Source of the DNA: Gonapodya sp. JEL0774
Taxonomy: Eukaryota
Direction of reading: 5' to 3'
DNA: 64,000 bases
NCBI GenBank assembly: GCA_027604505.1
Contig: JADIIX010000001.1
Coordinates: 496,001-560,000 of the forward strand
The translations under genes and the position numbers were made by a program. Shown here piece by piece: positions 36,864 through 48,300 of the stretch. Position 1 is the stretch's first letter; the number at the start of each line of letters is the position of its first letter. Under the pieces are notes generated by a model. The model was not told the DNA's origin, did no database searches, and saw only the letters and a list, made by a program, of their open reading frames with translations.

Positions 36864-37615
36864 CTACTTCTCAGAAGTGCGCTCCGGAAATGGAATGTTT
36901 GAGAACACGTCATCAACGGGGACCTTGAGTGAAGTTGCAAGCCGATTGGTTTCGCTGGCCATCGCTACAATAGATAGAAGTTCCATGAACATGGCATGGG
37001 TCATACCCTGCTTTTTGGCAGCTGTGACATTGGTTTATCTTCTACTACTCTGTTAGGGACACCGAAATTGATGCGGAGAACCTACCAGCGGTGTGCGATT
37101 CGAGACAGTAATTACAGCTGTTAACTGCTGAAACAGCAACATCTGACGCCGGAACAAAGTGACGTCGATTACATATCGCAAGGAGAGCGACGGCTGGACG
37201 CACAAATCATTTCCTTGAACACAGGAGGCAGCTCTCCCGGCCCCATAACCTCCTGAAGGGAGGTCCAGGTCCTGCGCAATAGTTTCTCATCATTGGCGAT
37301 CGCTTTCCACTAAAGTTATTCATTCACGTGATGGGCTTAGCCAAACACATCCGTTTGGATGGCAGCGATCGTTTAACGTACGAAATTGTTGATCGATTCT
37401 GGTCCGCGGAGGTTTCTTTTCTGGATGATATCATCATACACCTCCTTGATTCCAGCTGGTGCGTCAGCGTACTCTACGAGATCCACCATTCCTCGGTTGT
37501 GTTGGAGGGTGGATCCGGTCGTGGAGAATGCACGACTGTCCAAGTGTGACCAATTTGTCGGACGGTGGACAATACTGGAAAGGCCAATGAATCTGAGCGA
37601 TCGAGCGATCGACAT
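36864..37615 (-). CDS. AhpD/carboxymuconolactone decarboxylase (CMD) family protein with CxxC and putative mitochondrial presequence; 4 exons
   Basis: MVDLVEYADAPAGIKEVYDDI...INNF|WKAIANDEKLLRRTW...KEMI|YVAVSAVNSCNYCLESHTA|AKKQGMT...VAMASETNRLATSLKVPVD. An upstream in-frame ATG (37615) adds MSIARSLRFIGLSS...SRAFSTT. Confidence 0.88.
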
Positions 37616-38086
37616 GACAATCGGCAAGAGCGTGTAAGCGTGCCAGCAGTTTCGTGGTTCAAACCGGCCTTTCCACTGCTGCCGCCGTCGGGCCAGATCA
37701 TGACATGATATTTCATTCCAAAATGACACCTCAAGGAAAAACACCAGAATGACCAAATTACGGGGAGTCTGCTCAAGTACAATTTCACAGCCCGAGGGTG
37801 ACGGCAACTGCGATTGGGGCTTTCGGCTCCCCTCCTCTGCCATTGTCATTTCGATCAGGAGTCGCCAGGCTGGTCGGGCGGCTAAGAAGTAAGCTGCAAT
37901 TGATTCTTCACTTTAGGTGATGTGGTTTCATTGAACTTGCGGACAAAGTGCATAGCATCTGCCACCACTGTCACAGCAAGTGCTGTTATCAACAACGTCG
38001 GGTAGCAGAAAATACCATCGATCTTCTTTTCTGTAACATTTATGACGTGATATGATTCCACAAACTATGTACATTTACCCTTGGAG

Positions 38087-39475
38087 TTACAGCTTCATCC
38101 CAACTTGTCCCTTCTTCACTACGCTTCTAAACCAGTCCCTCCACTTCACACACTGATAATCCGGGTATAACTCCATGCTCGTAAGGGAGCCCTCTGGTGG
38201 CATGTTATCACCTCTGATCCACCTGCTCAGGTTGTATTCCAAACCAAGAAGCTCCCGTGGGAGAACAGGGTCATCTTCCAAGGGTCCGAGTGTTGCACGG
38301 ATGGCACGGATACGTTTGTGAAGGCGGTCCTCGTTAAACTGGGACAAACAAATTTCAAGGCAGTGGATCGAGTATGAAAATTGAGAACTGGGACAATGTA
38401 TATGGACACCCCCACCTTAGCCCATGTCAGCCTCTTCCCAGTCTCCAGTTCATACCATTTCCCCATTTGGTTCATAGTCACAGCATCCCCCATACAAAAG
38501 ACTCGCTTATTCAAAGTTCGATGGTCAAGAACGATCCTTGAAACAAGCTCCCCGACATCAGGGAGATGTGTGACGGCATTCGGCTTATCACCGGATCCGA
38601 TGACCACGAACTTTGTGGGTCCAGGGGCCGGAACAGGGTAAGGGCCTCCAGTGAACGGTGTTCGGTCGATTTCAGCAAGCATGACTTCATACCTGGTTCT
38701 CAAAGGAGTGGGAGGTTGGTTGAGTTGGGTTGGATCTTGAAGTGCAAAGATATTCCAACGTCCGAACAAACGTACCATGATCCAGTATCGATGAATGTGT
38801 AGCCGATTCCAGATTCGATTATGTACTGATGCACAATATCTTTCTATTTCCACAGGCGGCAGAATTTGGCGTGGAGATATTTGGTGAACTGCTGAACACG
38901 AAGGCTACAATGTTTGCGATCGTCAAACTTACTTTATCCTGCAGAGCCATTACCCCCTTTGGGCACGCTGCCGCAAAGTCACTTGGCACAAACCGCTTGA
39001 CGCCCATCTGTTTGGCAATACTTACCACTTCCCTCTGTGCGAGAAGTTCACCATATACAACGCACGATATTACGGTTTCGACACCATCAAGCCAACGACG
39101 CATATCGAATTCGCTGTCACGGACGTTGCCTGACCGAATTTCGATGCCAAGTGAACGGAATTCGGCGAGGCGAGCTGCATGGCTCGTGTTGGTCAGGGAA
39201 GCAGGACGGACGAGTGCCGCAACGCGAACAGAGGAACTAGAGAGAAGCAAACCATAAACTTTGAGTCTGTACTTGGGTCGAGGCAAACGAATCAACATCC
39301 TCGACGAATTGGTTGGTGGACTTTCCCCAACATTCCCAATCGATTTTGTTCAACAAGGTATATAGAATGAACATCAGTCGTGTTTTTCAGCTCACCGCTT
39401 GGCCAGCGCTGTCACGATTGGAAGCCCTGTTGCTCCAGTTGCTCCAATGACAAGGATTAAAGGACGCGCGGACAT
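38087..39475 (-). CDS. NmrA-like / isoflavone reductase-like NAD(P)-dependent reductase
   Basis: ILVIGATGATG Rossmann motif; VAALVRPAS; GVKRFVPSDF; multi-exon. Confidence 0.85.
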
Positions 39476-39757
39476 GTTTGGGAGGGATCGGTGCGGAACA
39501 AAGCCGACAATGAGGCCGCAGCAACCCGCAGTCCACTCCACACGCCGTGGAACCGCCGAGGGAACGTTCATTGATCAAGGTATTTCACTCTCAAGAGCCC
39601 CGTACCCAGTTGTAATTAGACATACAATCATCGATTATCCATTTGCAATTGCTCGTACGGAGGCGCCGAGTGAATGGGTGCACTGGAAAGTACTTAGGCT
39701 TTGGACCTCATCACATCAAGACCTCCCGGCGTCCGGCACTTGACACGTGATATTCCT

Positions 39758-40573
39758 TTATCCCCTCTTATAGCCCACTGCCCTTAAAAACTCAATCCGT
39801 CCTTTTTTCTCCTCATCGCCCTCCACACCAACGGGGGCGCCGCCGTCCAACACACCAAGCACACCCCTCTGTTCATCGTCTCCTGATCCGTGTGAGGCAA
39901 CAACCACGAAAGTAGGATTGGAAGTTGCACAGAAAATGCGGCATGTTGTGGGGAGCGATTTGATGGATGGTAGGACAGCTGTGTGTGAGTGGTGTAACAA
40001 GTAAATGCAAGAGATGTGAGCGAGAGGTGTTACAGCATGAATTTCCAGGAAAGAAACACATGATTCGTACAGAGTGGATATATGTCTTCGAGAAATGCGA
40101 TGAACGTATGCCCAGCCCCTATGGCACGTGCATTGTCCACGGCAAGTTGCGTGAGCTCAGTGTGGGTGCCGTCGTGGCGGATGAGCCGAGGTCCGCTTGC
40201 CTGGTTCATGTTTGCGCGACGTTGACCAAAAGTACAGTCGTTGAATCCCACATAATCGGATTGTCCTGTCATTATTGGAGCGTCTCGCTCACCTCGCAGA
40301 AAGCAAGTCCCCATTTTGCCTGTGGTGAGCTTGCAGCAAGAACCTCGGCAATATCCTCGACCGTTTTTATAAAGTGCTAGGGGTGTTTCCATCCGTTGGA
40401 TTTGCGAGAAGTCCGGAAGTTGGAACCCTTTCCCTAGCTCACCGCTTGGCCAAGAATAAAATTGAGAGCTATGAATTTCACGAGGAAGGGAGGAAACCAG
40501 TATGTGCGTGAATGTCTTAGCGTGGGGACGAACTAACGCCCAGCTGATCAACCTCCACGCTCTGCACAAGCAT
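39758..40573 (-). CDS. Adenosine-specific kinase family protein (DUF355/PAE2307-like), 5 exons, ~166 aa
   Basis: LNFILGQA|HFIKTVEDIAEVL...WGLAFCE|ASGPRLIRHDG...ARAIGAGHTFIAFL...YP...RIFCATSNP...RGVLGVLDG..PVGVE...FLRAVGYKR, which matches the family consensus over the full length. Confidence 0.9.
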
Positions 40574-41382
40574 CCCCGGCTCACAGCGTGGATTAACGAT
40601 TGGAACGAGAGAGCTGTTTGGGATGAGAGACGCGGTGGGCATTTCTCGTGAGTTTGAAAACTGGTGTGGTGATAGGTTGTGGTTGGTGTGGAAAACGAAA
40701 CTGCGTGACGTGAGTCATCATACTCATGTATTGTCGGAGCAGACAGCTCAACGTTGCATAGAGACACTGTTATTCGCACAGAAACATTAGACTCCAGTTT
40801 CACTGATTCGGCATCAATACTGTTCTTTCGTCCCCATTCCAATAACACCAACGATGTATTGTAACAAGTGAGCCATCATCCGTCACCCAATCATATCCAA
40901 TGGGTGGCGGGTTTTCATCCATTCTTCGGAGGTTCGCAGAATATATGTATGTATTATATGTTATGTGTGTGCATACAAAATGCATTCACTCCTGGGATTC
41001 GTACCTGGCGCGGTCGGGTCAGGATTGCCGAATGTTACAAATCATTGGTTGTGTTCCTTCCCCCACAGAAATAAATAAAATCACACTGGAAACGTATGTG
41101 TATTTTGGAACATGGAGTGCTGAACAGATTCAGGTCTGAAATTATCGCTGAGTGGGTTGAGTCACGGATCATTTCACAACCGTTTACCCAACACCCGCCG
41201 CTTTTAGGCGTCACATCAAATCCTCTCTATTCGTCAAGCGCCCTCGGCAGCTATTCACTAACTTCAAGTCCAAGTCACGAGCTTAGAGCTGAAAGGAAAG
41301 AGCTCCAGTTCAGCAGCTCGGGAGAAATCGAAAACTTTCCCTCTGTGGGCCTCCATCTCAAGTCTTTGGAAGGACAGTGGTC

Positions 41383-43225
41383 ATGCCTCAGGTGTCACAG
41401 CTTCCTGATCATGGATCCACCCCCCGTAAGACCTCTCGCACCGCCATCGCCATTGCGTCTGAGGACCTCCCCCACGATTCTTCCTCAGTGGAACCTGTGC
41501 CTGGTGGTCAGGACTCCCAATACTTAGTCATCAAGAACAACAACCATGCGGAAACCTCTGGGTTAAATGGAAATCCAGAGTCTCAAGATATTCACTCAAG
41601 TGGCCTTCCATCCTTGATACGTTTGCCTCCAACGACCAACGAATCTGCACCAGTTTCACCAATCTCGGACGTCACTTCCGAAGACGGCATTCTCGACGGA
41701 GTGCACTCTGGTTTCCATAGTGCTGTCAAGGAAGCAATTTCCGTAGATGAACTGTGTCACAAGATTCTGGACGATACCGAGAGATCGGGAGATCCACTTT
41801 CATCAGATGAAAAACTCGTGGAATCCGAGGCAATTGAAGCTGATTTGGACCAGGAAATCGCACAGGAAGAAGTCATTGAGGATGATGCCACGAGGATAAG
41901 GAATCTCGCACAGAATTCTCAAGTGGTGACTCTGCGACGTAAGTAAAGCGTATGAGCCGCTGGTCGGAATCAGCAGTCGTGAAAGCGCCACAAGCAGAGG
42001 GAATAATTACGCACCACATTGAAGTCGTTGGCTTGTCAGCACATTGTATCACATGACTGGAGACTCAAGAAATCTGTGGTTGTAGTTCTGTCACACCTCC
42101 TGGTGATACTCCACTTCAAATTGCGCTTGTGTATCTTCTTCTTTAGGTGACCCGTCCGCTCGATACCGTACCGCTGTTCCTCTTCCCGAGAGCCCCCGCA
42201 AAGTCTACTTCAACGAATCCGTTATTGTACGACAAACCTGGTCCGCCGCCGAATACCCCCGAGGTGACATCGAATCTATCGCCCGCGTGGAGCGTCTCCA
42301 GCACGCAGGGGAACTCAGGGAGGCTGAAGAACGGGAAGCGCGGGAAATGGCCGCATGGGCCAAACGCAAGCAAAAGGGGAGCGTTGATAGGATGCTGGAA
42401 ATGGCATTGGCCAGTAGGACCAAGGACCCTCCTACTTCCAGCCCCAACATCAGTTTGTCGGGCGCGGGATACGTGCCAGGTGTTCCGGGTATGCAGGAGT
42501 TTTCGGGTTTTGCGACAGCAGTCGTGGGTATGATGAGCCGCTGGAAGTGGAGGAACTCCGAGGCACCGGCTGCTGACAGTTCGCCCACATCACCAACTCC
42601 CACAACTTCTCCGCCGCCTGTACCACCGGCTTCAGAAATCAAAACCATCGGTTCCCGCAATCGGTCAAGCTCGGTTGGTTCTGAGCCTCGCCTACCTGGG
42701 AGCAATGCTCCGATTACGGTTCGGAAATCAAGTAGTGGTACGATCAAGGTGGTGGAGGAGGAAGAAAACGAAGAGGAAAAAGCTCCTATTGCCGTTGCGG
42801 GGAAGCGAACAGTGTCGGCACCCCTTGTTGGCTCTGTCGGTGTAGACGACAAGGACAAAAATCCCACGACGGAAAGGCCGTCACCTCCAGCAGCAGCAGT
42901 CTCTTTCACATCCCAGCGGTCTTCCTCGTTGGGAATGATGTGGGGCCGACAACGCAAGTCTTCCTCCTCTCCCGATTCTGCCACACGCAAACCCTCCAAA
43001 GTTCCCGGGACCAACGCTCCTGCACGGCTTGCAATTGTTCACAATCCCACGGACGAACCTCCCATTCAGCAACCCTTGTCACCCAGTAACGTTCCAGTGC
43101 GCCGGCTGAGGAGGGACTCATTCGGTAGCGTCACCCCAGATGCAAGCAGGACAACTTCGTTCGGGTTTGGCTCGATGGCTGGTATTGCCTTTGGAGCGGG
43201 CGCCGTTTCCACGTTCATGGGGTGA
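41383..43225 (+). CDS. Disordered protein with PP1-docking motif (Bni4/Afr1/neurabin-like)
   Basis: Exons 41383-41938 and 42147-43225 join in frame and contain RKVYFNESVIVRQTWSAAEYPR (RVxF plus a T-x-S-x-x-E-Y-x-R arm). Confidence 0.6.
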
Positions 43226-43561
43226 AGGAACAAGATGTATGGTCCGAATCTGCATCGTTCTTGTACAAATGCACTTCGTCTGGATAAATTCCACGACGCC
43301 CGCACTCCCGTACTGATGCAAACTCGTGTCTGTGGGGTTTGGATGGTGGCTGAAAAATGTTTGGGCGTTGGATTCGGATCTTCGGACAGTATTTCGTTAC
43401 AGTTTATTGCAACTGCGTATTGTGGTTTCCCACTGTCGCTTCTTATATTCAACTTGTATTCCCGTCAACTTGTACTGTAAATCAGAATGCAAATGTACAG
43501 GGGACTACCGTGATCAACCACATATCAATTCGAGAGTGGACCAAACCAACCACCCGTGAAA

Positions 43562-44902
43562 TTAAATAGTTTCTTCTTCGATCTCCGCAAACACCCTCTT
43601 GCCAACCTTCCTACCAGCCTCCACCATCTTAGGCAAGAACTCTGCCCTCCACAAAGGATGTACCCAAGGCATACCGACATCTGGTGCGTACTCTGGTCCG
43701 ACAATAAAGCGCATAGTGGACACAGGCACGGTAGATATGAAGTAAGACCATTGATCGAACGGTGTAAAGGAGACGCCGGACTGTGAATCCACTTGTTGCA
43801 CCGAGAGCTGAACGACCACGGCAGAAGCGGCAGGGAAGAGCTGAGCCAGTGTTTTGGCGAAATTGGATATCAAGGACCTGTCGATTTCCGTTTTTGAGTC
43901 CAAATCTAGATTCAATTTGGACTCCTCCGAAGCGGTTGAAAGTGGAGATTCGTTGACATGGGTCTCCACGACACTGATCGACAGTCCACCATCGTAGATT
44001 CCTCGCAATGGCTGCGGTGGGGTAGCGCCTGGACCACTCAAATGTGACCACACTGCATCCAACACGTGGAAATCGCCAATGTGACGCAAATTGGGGAGCC
44101 CCGAGCTGCACGCATTGAGGACGGAGAGCAGAAAGGCAGAGTCAGTGGGCCCAGATGAGCTGGTTCCCGTGAAAGGGAAAGCGAATGAAGTGATCAAGTG
44201 GAGAGGAGTGTGGAAAACAGGTGGCGTCTCGAATGAATCAGTTCGAACGCGGAAGTGCCGAAGGTTAGGGAAGGCCTTCGCGGCATCATGCATAGCCGTC
44301 GCCACGGAGTCTTGGCTTGCGTCAAATGATACTTCCACGTGTTGGATGGAAGCAACCGATTGTTCCGTCGGCATCTCCCCAAGTTTCGAAAGTCTCGACG
44401 ACACGTCGATAAGCCGCCAGGGCCTCGCATGGCGCACAAAAGTATAAACAAAATTCATATCCGCGCGAGGTGACATGCCAACCAAATCGATGAACGAGAT
44501 CACGCAGCGGAGTCTGCGTGAGATTGGCGTAAACTCAGGGTTCTGTGAAAGGTAAAGTCTGCGTGCGGTGGATTTGATCTCCTTGAGCCCCTCGTAAGGA
44601 GAAAGACTGACCGAAATCGAGCCGATGGCGATACGCTTCGATCCGTCTGTTGCAGTGATAGGTTTCGGACTCGGATATACGCAGTCCTTTCGAAGTTCAA
44701 TGTCTTTTCGACCTCCGAATCCACGGAATAACAACCCCCCGCGAAATTGCAGAAAAACGCCAACTTCCAGAACCAGCTTAGAAGCGGAGGCGCGGCGCCA
44801 GCGCTTGCATACTGTTGGAATCATAACAGAGAACACTGGTGGCGAGAGGTACATGAATATTAATGTCCAAATTTCATCGGGAAGTGCGCTTGAATCTGGC
44901 AT
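43562..44902 (-). CDS. F-box protein, intronless
   Basis: MPDSSALPDEIWTLIFMYL...IPTVCKRWRRAS F-box; LRR-like FPNLRHF and LPNLRHI. Confidence 0.8.
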   Translation of the reverse strand: MPDSSALPDEIWTLIFMYLSPPVFSVMIPTVCKRWRRASASKLVLEVGVFLQFRGGLLFRGFGGRKDIELRKDCVYPSPKPITATDGSKRIAIGSISVSLSPYEGLKEIKSTARRLYLSQNPEFTPISRRLRCVISFIDLVGMSPRADMNFVYTFVRHARPWRLIDVSSRLSKLGEMPTEQSVASIQHVEVSFDASQDSVATAMHDAAKAFPNLRHFRVRTDSFETPPVFHTPLHLITSFAFPFTGTSSSGPTDSAFLLSVLNACSSGLPNLRHIGDFHVLDAVWSHLSGPGATPPQPLRGIYDGGLSISVVETHVNESPLSTASEESKLNLDLDSKTEIDRSLISNFAKTLAQLFPAASAVVVQLSVQQVDSQSGVSFTPFDQWSYFISTVPVSTMRFIVGPEYAPDVGMPWVHPLWRAEFLPKMVEAGRKVGKRVFAEIEEETI

Positions 44903-45308
44903 CGCTTTGAATCTGCGTTCTGCGATGGCTTGATCTTCACGAGGCCGGGGAAGAACCGGGTGCAAAGGTGGATAAGGGAAGGGGCCACCTGGCCATGCAC
45001 ACAAGAAATATGACACTGAGGTGTACTGAAGATCCAACAATTCCCGTTGTGTAAAACCACTCGAAAGCGGTCATTTTGGTGGCACTGGATTTCATCTGCT
45101 ATCGATCAGGTTTACAGTGAGAATCGCCCGCCGTTTGTTCCGGATTCCGCGGAGTCGCAAGCGGCCGTCATCACGACGGTTTCCAAACATCGAGTGCTTC
45201 TTCCATCTGATCCCGATTCGCCTCTTTCGCATACAGATTAACTATCATTATTTGAATTATTCGCCTTGTCATCAGTATTTGCGGCTCAGGCCCACCTTTC
45301 CAGCCAAC

Positions 45309-48300
45309 ATGGAAACCCAGTCTAGTGTCCCGTTGGAATCCGACCTCTGGACAAACCCGAATCCTTCATCAGACTCTCTCATTCCATCAGCGAACATCAT
45401 TGAAGCAGTAAAAGAAAACATCTTACCTCTGAAATCGGGCCGGAAGGCCACGGCCTTGACGGCAGCCATCACTGCAAAAGACCCCGGTGCGGCAGCCGTC
45501 GCTCAATCCAAGCCAGCAGGAGCCGTTGTCGCGCCATCTACGCCTTCCAACTCGCTTGCTGCTCAGCGTGCAGCCCTTGAGGCCTGCATTGCCACTCCAG
45601 AACTCGCGGATCACGTTGATCCATTAAAACCGCACCTCGACCTCATCCGATGGATTGTAGACCATTATCCACAGGGCAACAACTCTGAGTCAGGCCTTTT
45701 ATCTGCACTAGAAAGAACACTGGAGCGATTCAAGGACGACCCGCAGTATAAACGGACCAGTGTCGATTTCCTCAACCTCTGGATCATGTATGCGGATCTT
45801 GTCAAAGACCCCGAGGACGTGTATAAATGGATGTCAGCACGCGGTGTATGTCAGGAACTTGCCGGGTTCTACCAGGCGTACGCGGAAATGTTGGAGAGAA
45901 CTGGAAAGTGAGTTAAGTTTGGCCGTCTGCTGTTGACCCCCCTCAAAAACGGGCCTCAGGATGGACCTGGATTGACTATTGACGCATGGGGCTTGCTACC
46001 GAGAGTCTCATTATTGACCGCGTCTCCAACGCCGACTCCTCCAGCTTCCCTCTTGCCAAATCCACTCTCGAACTCGGAATCAACCGCCGAGCACGCCCCG
46101 TGGCCCGCCTCCCCCGCCTGCTCGCCGAATTTAATGCGCGCCAAGAAGCTCGCGAACGCCGCCGTCGGGAACGGGAGGAGCTGGGATTGGAACCGGAGCC
46201 AGAGCCAGCGCACGTGAGGTCTGTGCTGGGAGCTCCTGTGGGAGCGGTGCAGCAGAGGGTGCCAAGAGCGGATCGCGAGAACGCCGAGAGAGCTCTTCAG
46301 GGACAACAGGTGCCTCAGAGAGGGCGCTCAACAGGAGCGGGACTTACGGACGGTGTGGGCCACAATCTGATGTCACGGAGTTCTTCCGCCAACGTAGCAA
46401 CAGCTTCAGTAAATGCAAAGTGGGTTTTCCAAGACCCATCAGGCACCGCCGAAGCTTCTACGGCAACCTTATCAGCGTCTTCTGCTGGTCCTTGGCCCGA
46501 ACTTGGGACCGCGAAGCACAGGGTGAAGGAGAATACAAAGGACATTGCAAGTTGGCGGGGAGTGAAGATGCCTCTCGAGCAGAGGGAAGCACCGGATGGG
46601 GGAACAGCACCAGTTCGTGAGAGAATTCAGGTTTGGAGCGATGAGGTTGGTTCTATTGGTGCAAGCTCTGCGTATCTTCGCTCATCTCACTCCTGCCCAT
46701 TGATACACTTGCTTCCTTAAGCCCAATTTGAACTCAGCCACCGACTCTGCTCCCCACGAGCGGAGCACTAAGCCCACCCTCGACATGTTAAAGCTCCCAG
46801 CGAGCTCTATTGGTCAGCGTTTGGGAAACCCAGCTGGAGTGACGGAGGCGAACTCTACTTCAAAAACGCGAGACGCTTCGATTGTGACCTCCGCGGCTTC
46901 TCGTGCACAGGAACGCTCTGCATCCTCGATTCACAAGTCTTCCCGTAGCGCTGCATCTACTGGAGGCGGCGGAGTAGTTGATGGGTCGTCCAAGACCAAG
47001 CAAAAACTCCCGGAGCACTATGTTGCTCCCATGGAGTCCTATTATCCCAACGGATTTGACCCCATCGCGTGGCAGATTGGTGCCAAGGAGAGCGCTGAGA
47101 GCAGAGAAGAAGTGCGAGCACGGCATCCAAAGTACGCTTATGTTTCAGATGGGGAGAACGACGACGTACCTCTTGTTCGTCGAGGGGATGCCGAGCGCAC
47201 AAAGGAGCATGTTGGGCTCATTGACGCTCAACTCCTCGTGGGGAGCAACAGAGACGGTGCGAGACCCAGTAGCAGGATGAGTCGGGCTTCGTCCGTTAGA
47301 AGCGCAACCCCAATGGGTGAGCCGATCGCTTCTGCGGCCGATTATCTTCCTGCGATCACACCGCCCGCTAAGTGGCTTGCGGCTCAAAAGATTGCTGAAT
47401 TTGGTGCCGTGGAGCATTTGCCGGACGGACCGTCTGAGCAAGTCGACGATGATTCTGATGCAAGTGACAACGAGGCAACGAGGAAGTTTGCATATTTGAA
47501 ACTGGCGCGTAACGCCGCTAGTCCGACCATCAATACAAGGCTTGCAATGCAAGATATTGGGATGATGTTTTCTGGGGAGCTCGAATGCGAGGTGCGTAAG
47601 AAGTCGGGGTTTCAAATCCGTTTGATGATGGTGCGCAGATATGTTGACGCCAAATCTATGTGTTGCGGTTGTGATTACCATACAATAGCGCTATGAAGAC
47701 ACTCTTCCTGTACTTGCATTCAGCCGTGCACTCAAAGATCCGGAGTCCTACCAGACATCATCAGTCGATGGAGTTGTTCCCGTATACGAAGCGCTACTGG
47801 ACTCCAATCCGCCGATTCCCCCCAAGCGCTGTGAGATTCGAAAAACAACCAAATCCTTTGATATTTTTTGCGACAATGCAGAGGAGTCACGGTCTGGCCG
47901 TGCACTTCCTGGAGTGATCAGGAAGCTTGAAGTATTTCAAGACCCTGAATCACCAAAGCCGACGACTGGACGACGAAATAAGTTGCCAGTATTTCAGGAT
48001 CCGCACCCAATCGATATCCCATCCGTTGTTGGTGCATCTGCGTTCCAAAAAAAACTGGAAGGCCGGAAAAGTGCCTTGACTGTGGAGGGCAAGACTCATG
48101 CTCGGGCCACGACAGGATCCCCGAAATTACCAATATCAGCACAGACTCTACCCACAACCATCGATGAGGATGACAACCCTTTTGTGGCGGACAGTGGCTT
48201 CGGGGCGAAATGGGAACGATCAGCTGCGAAGGTTATTGGAGAGTCTCCTGGCCCTCGTATTGGACTTCTATTCACTGATTCAGGCGTACAGCGGAAGGAC

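Noticed and set aside
40030..40851. 273-aa minus-strand ORF
   Set aside because: A chance read-through of upstream sequence and introns; only its last part is a true exon of the adenosine-specific kinase gene.
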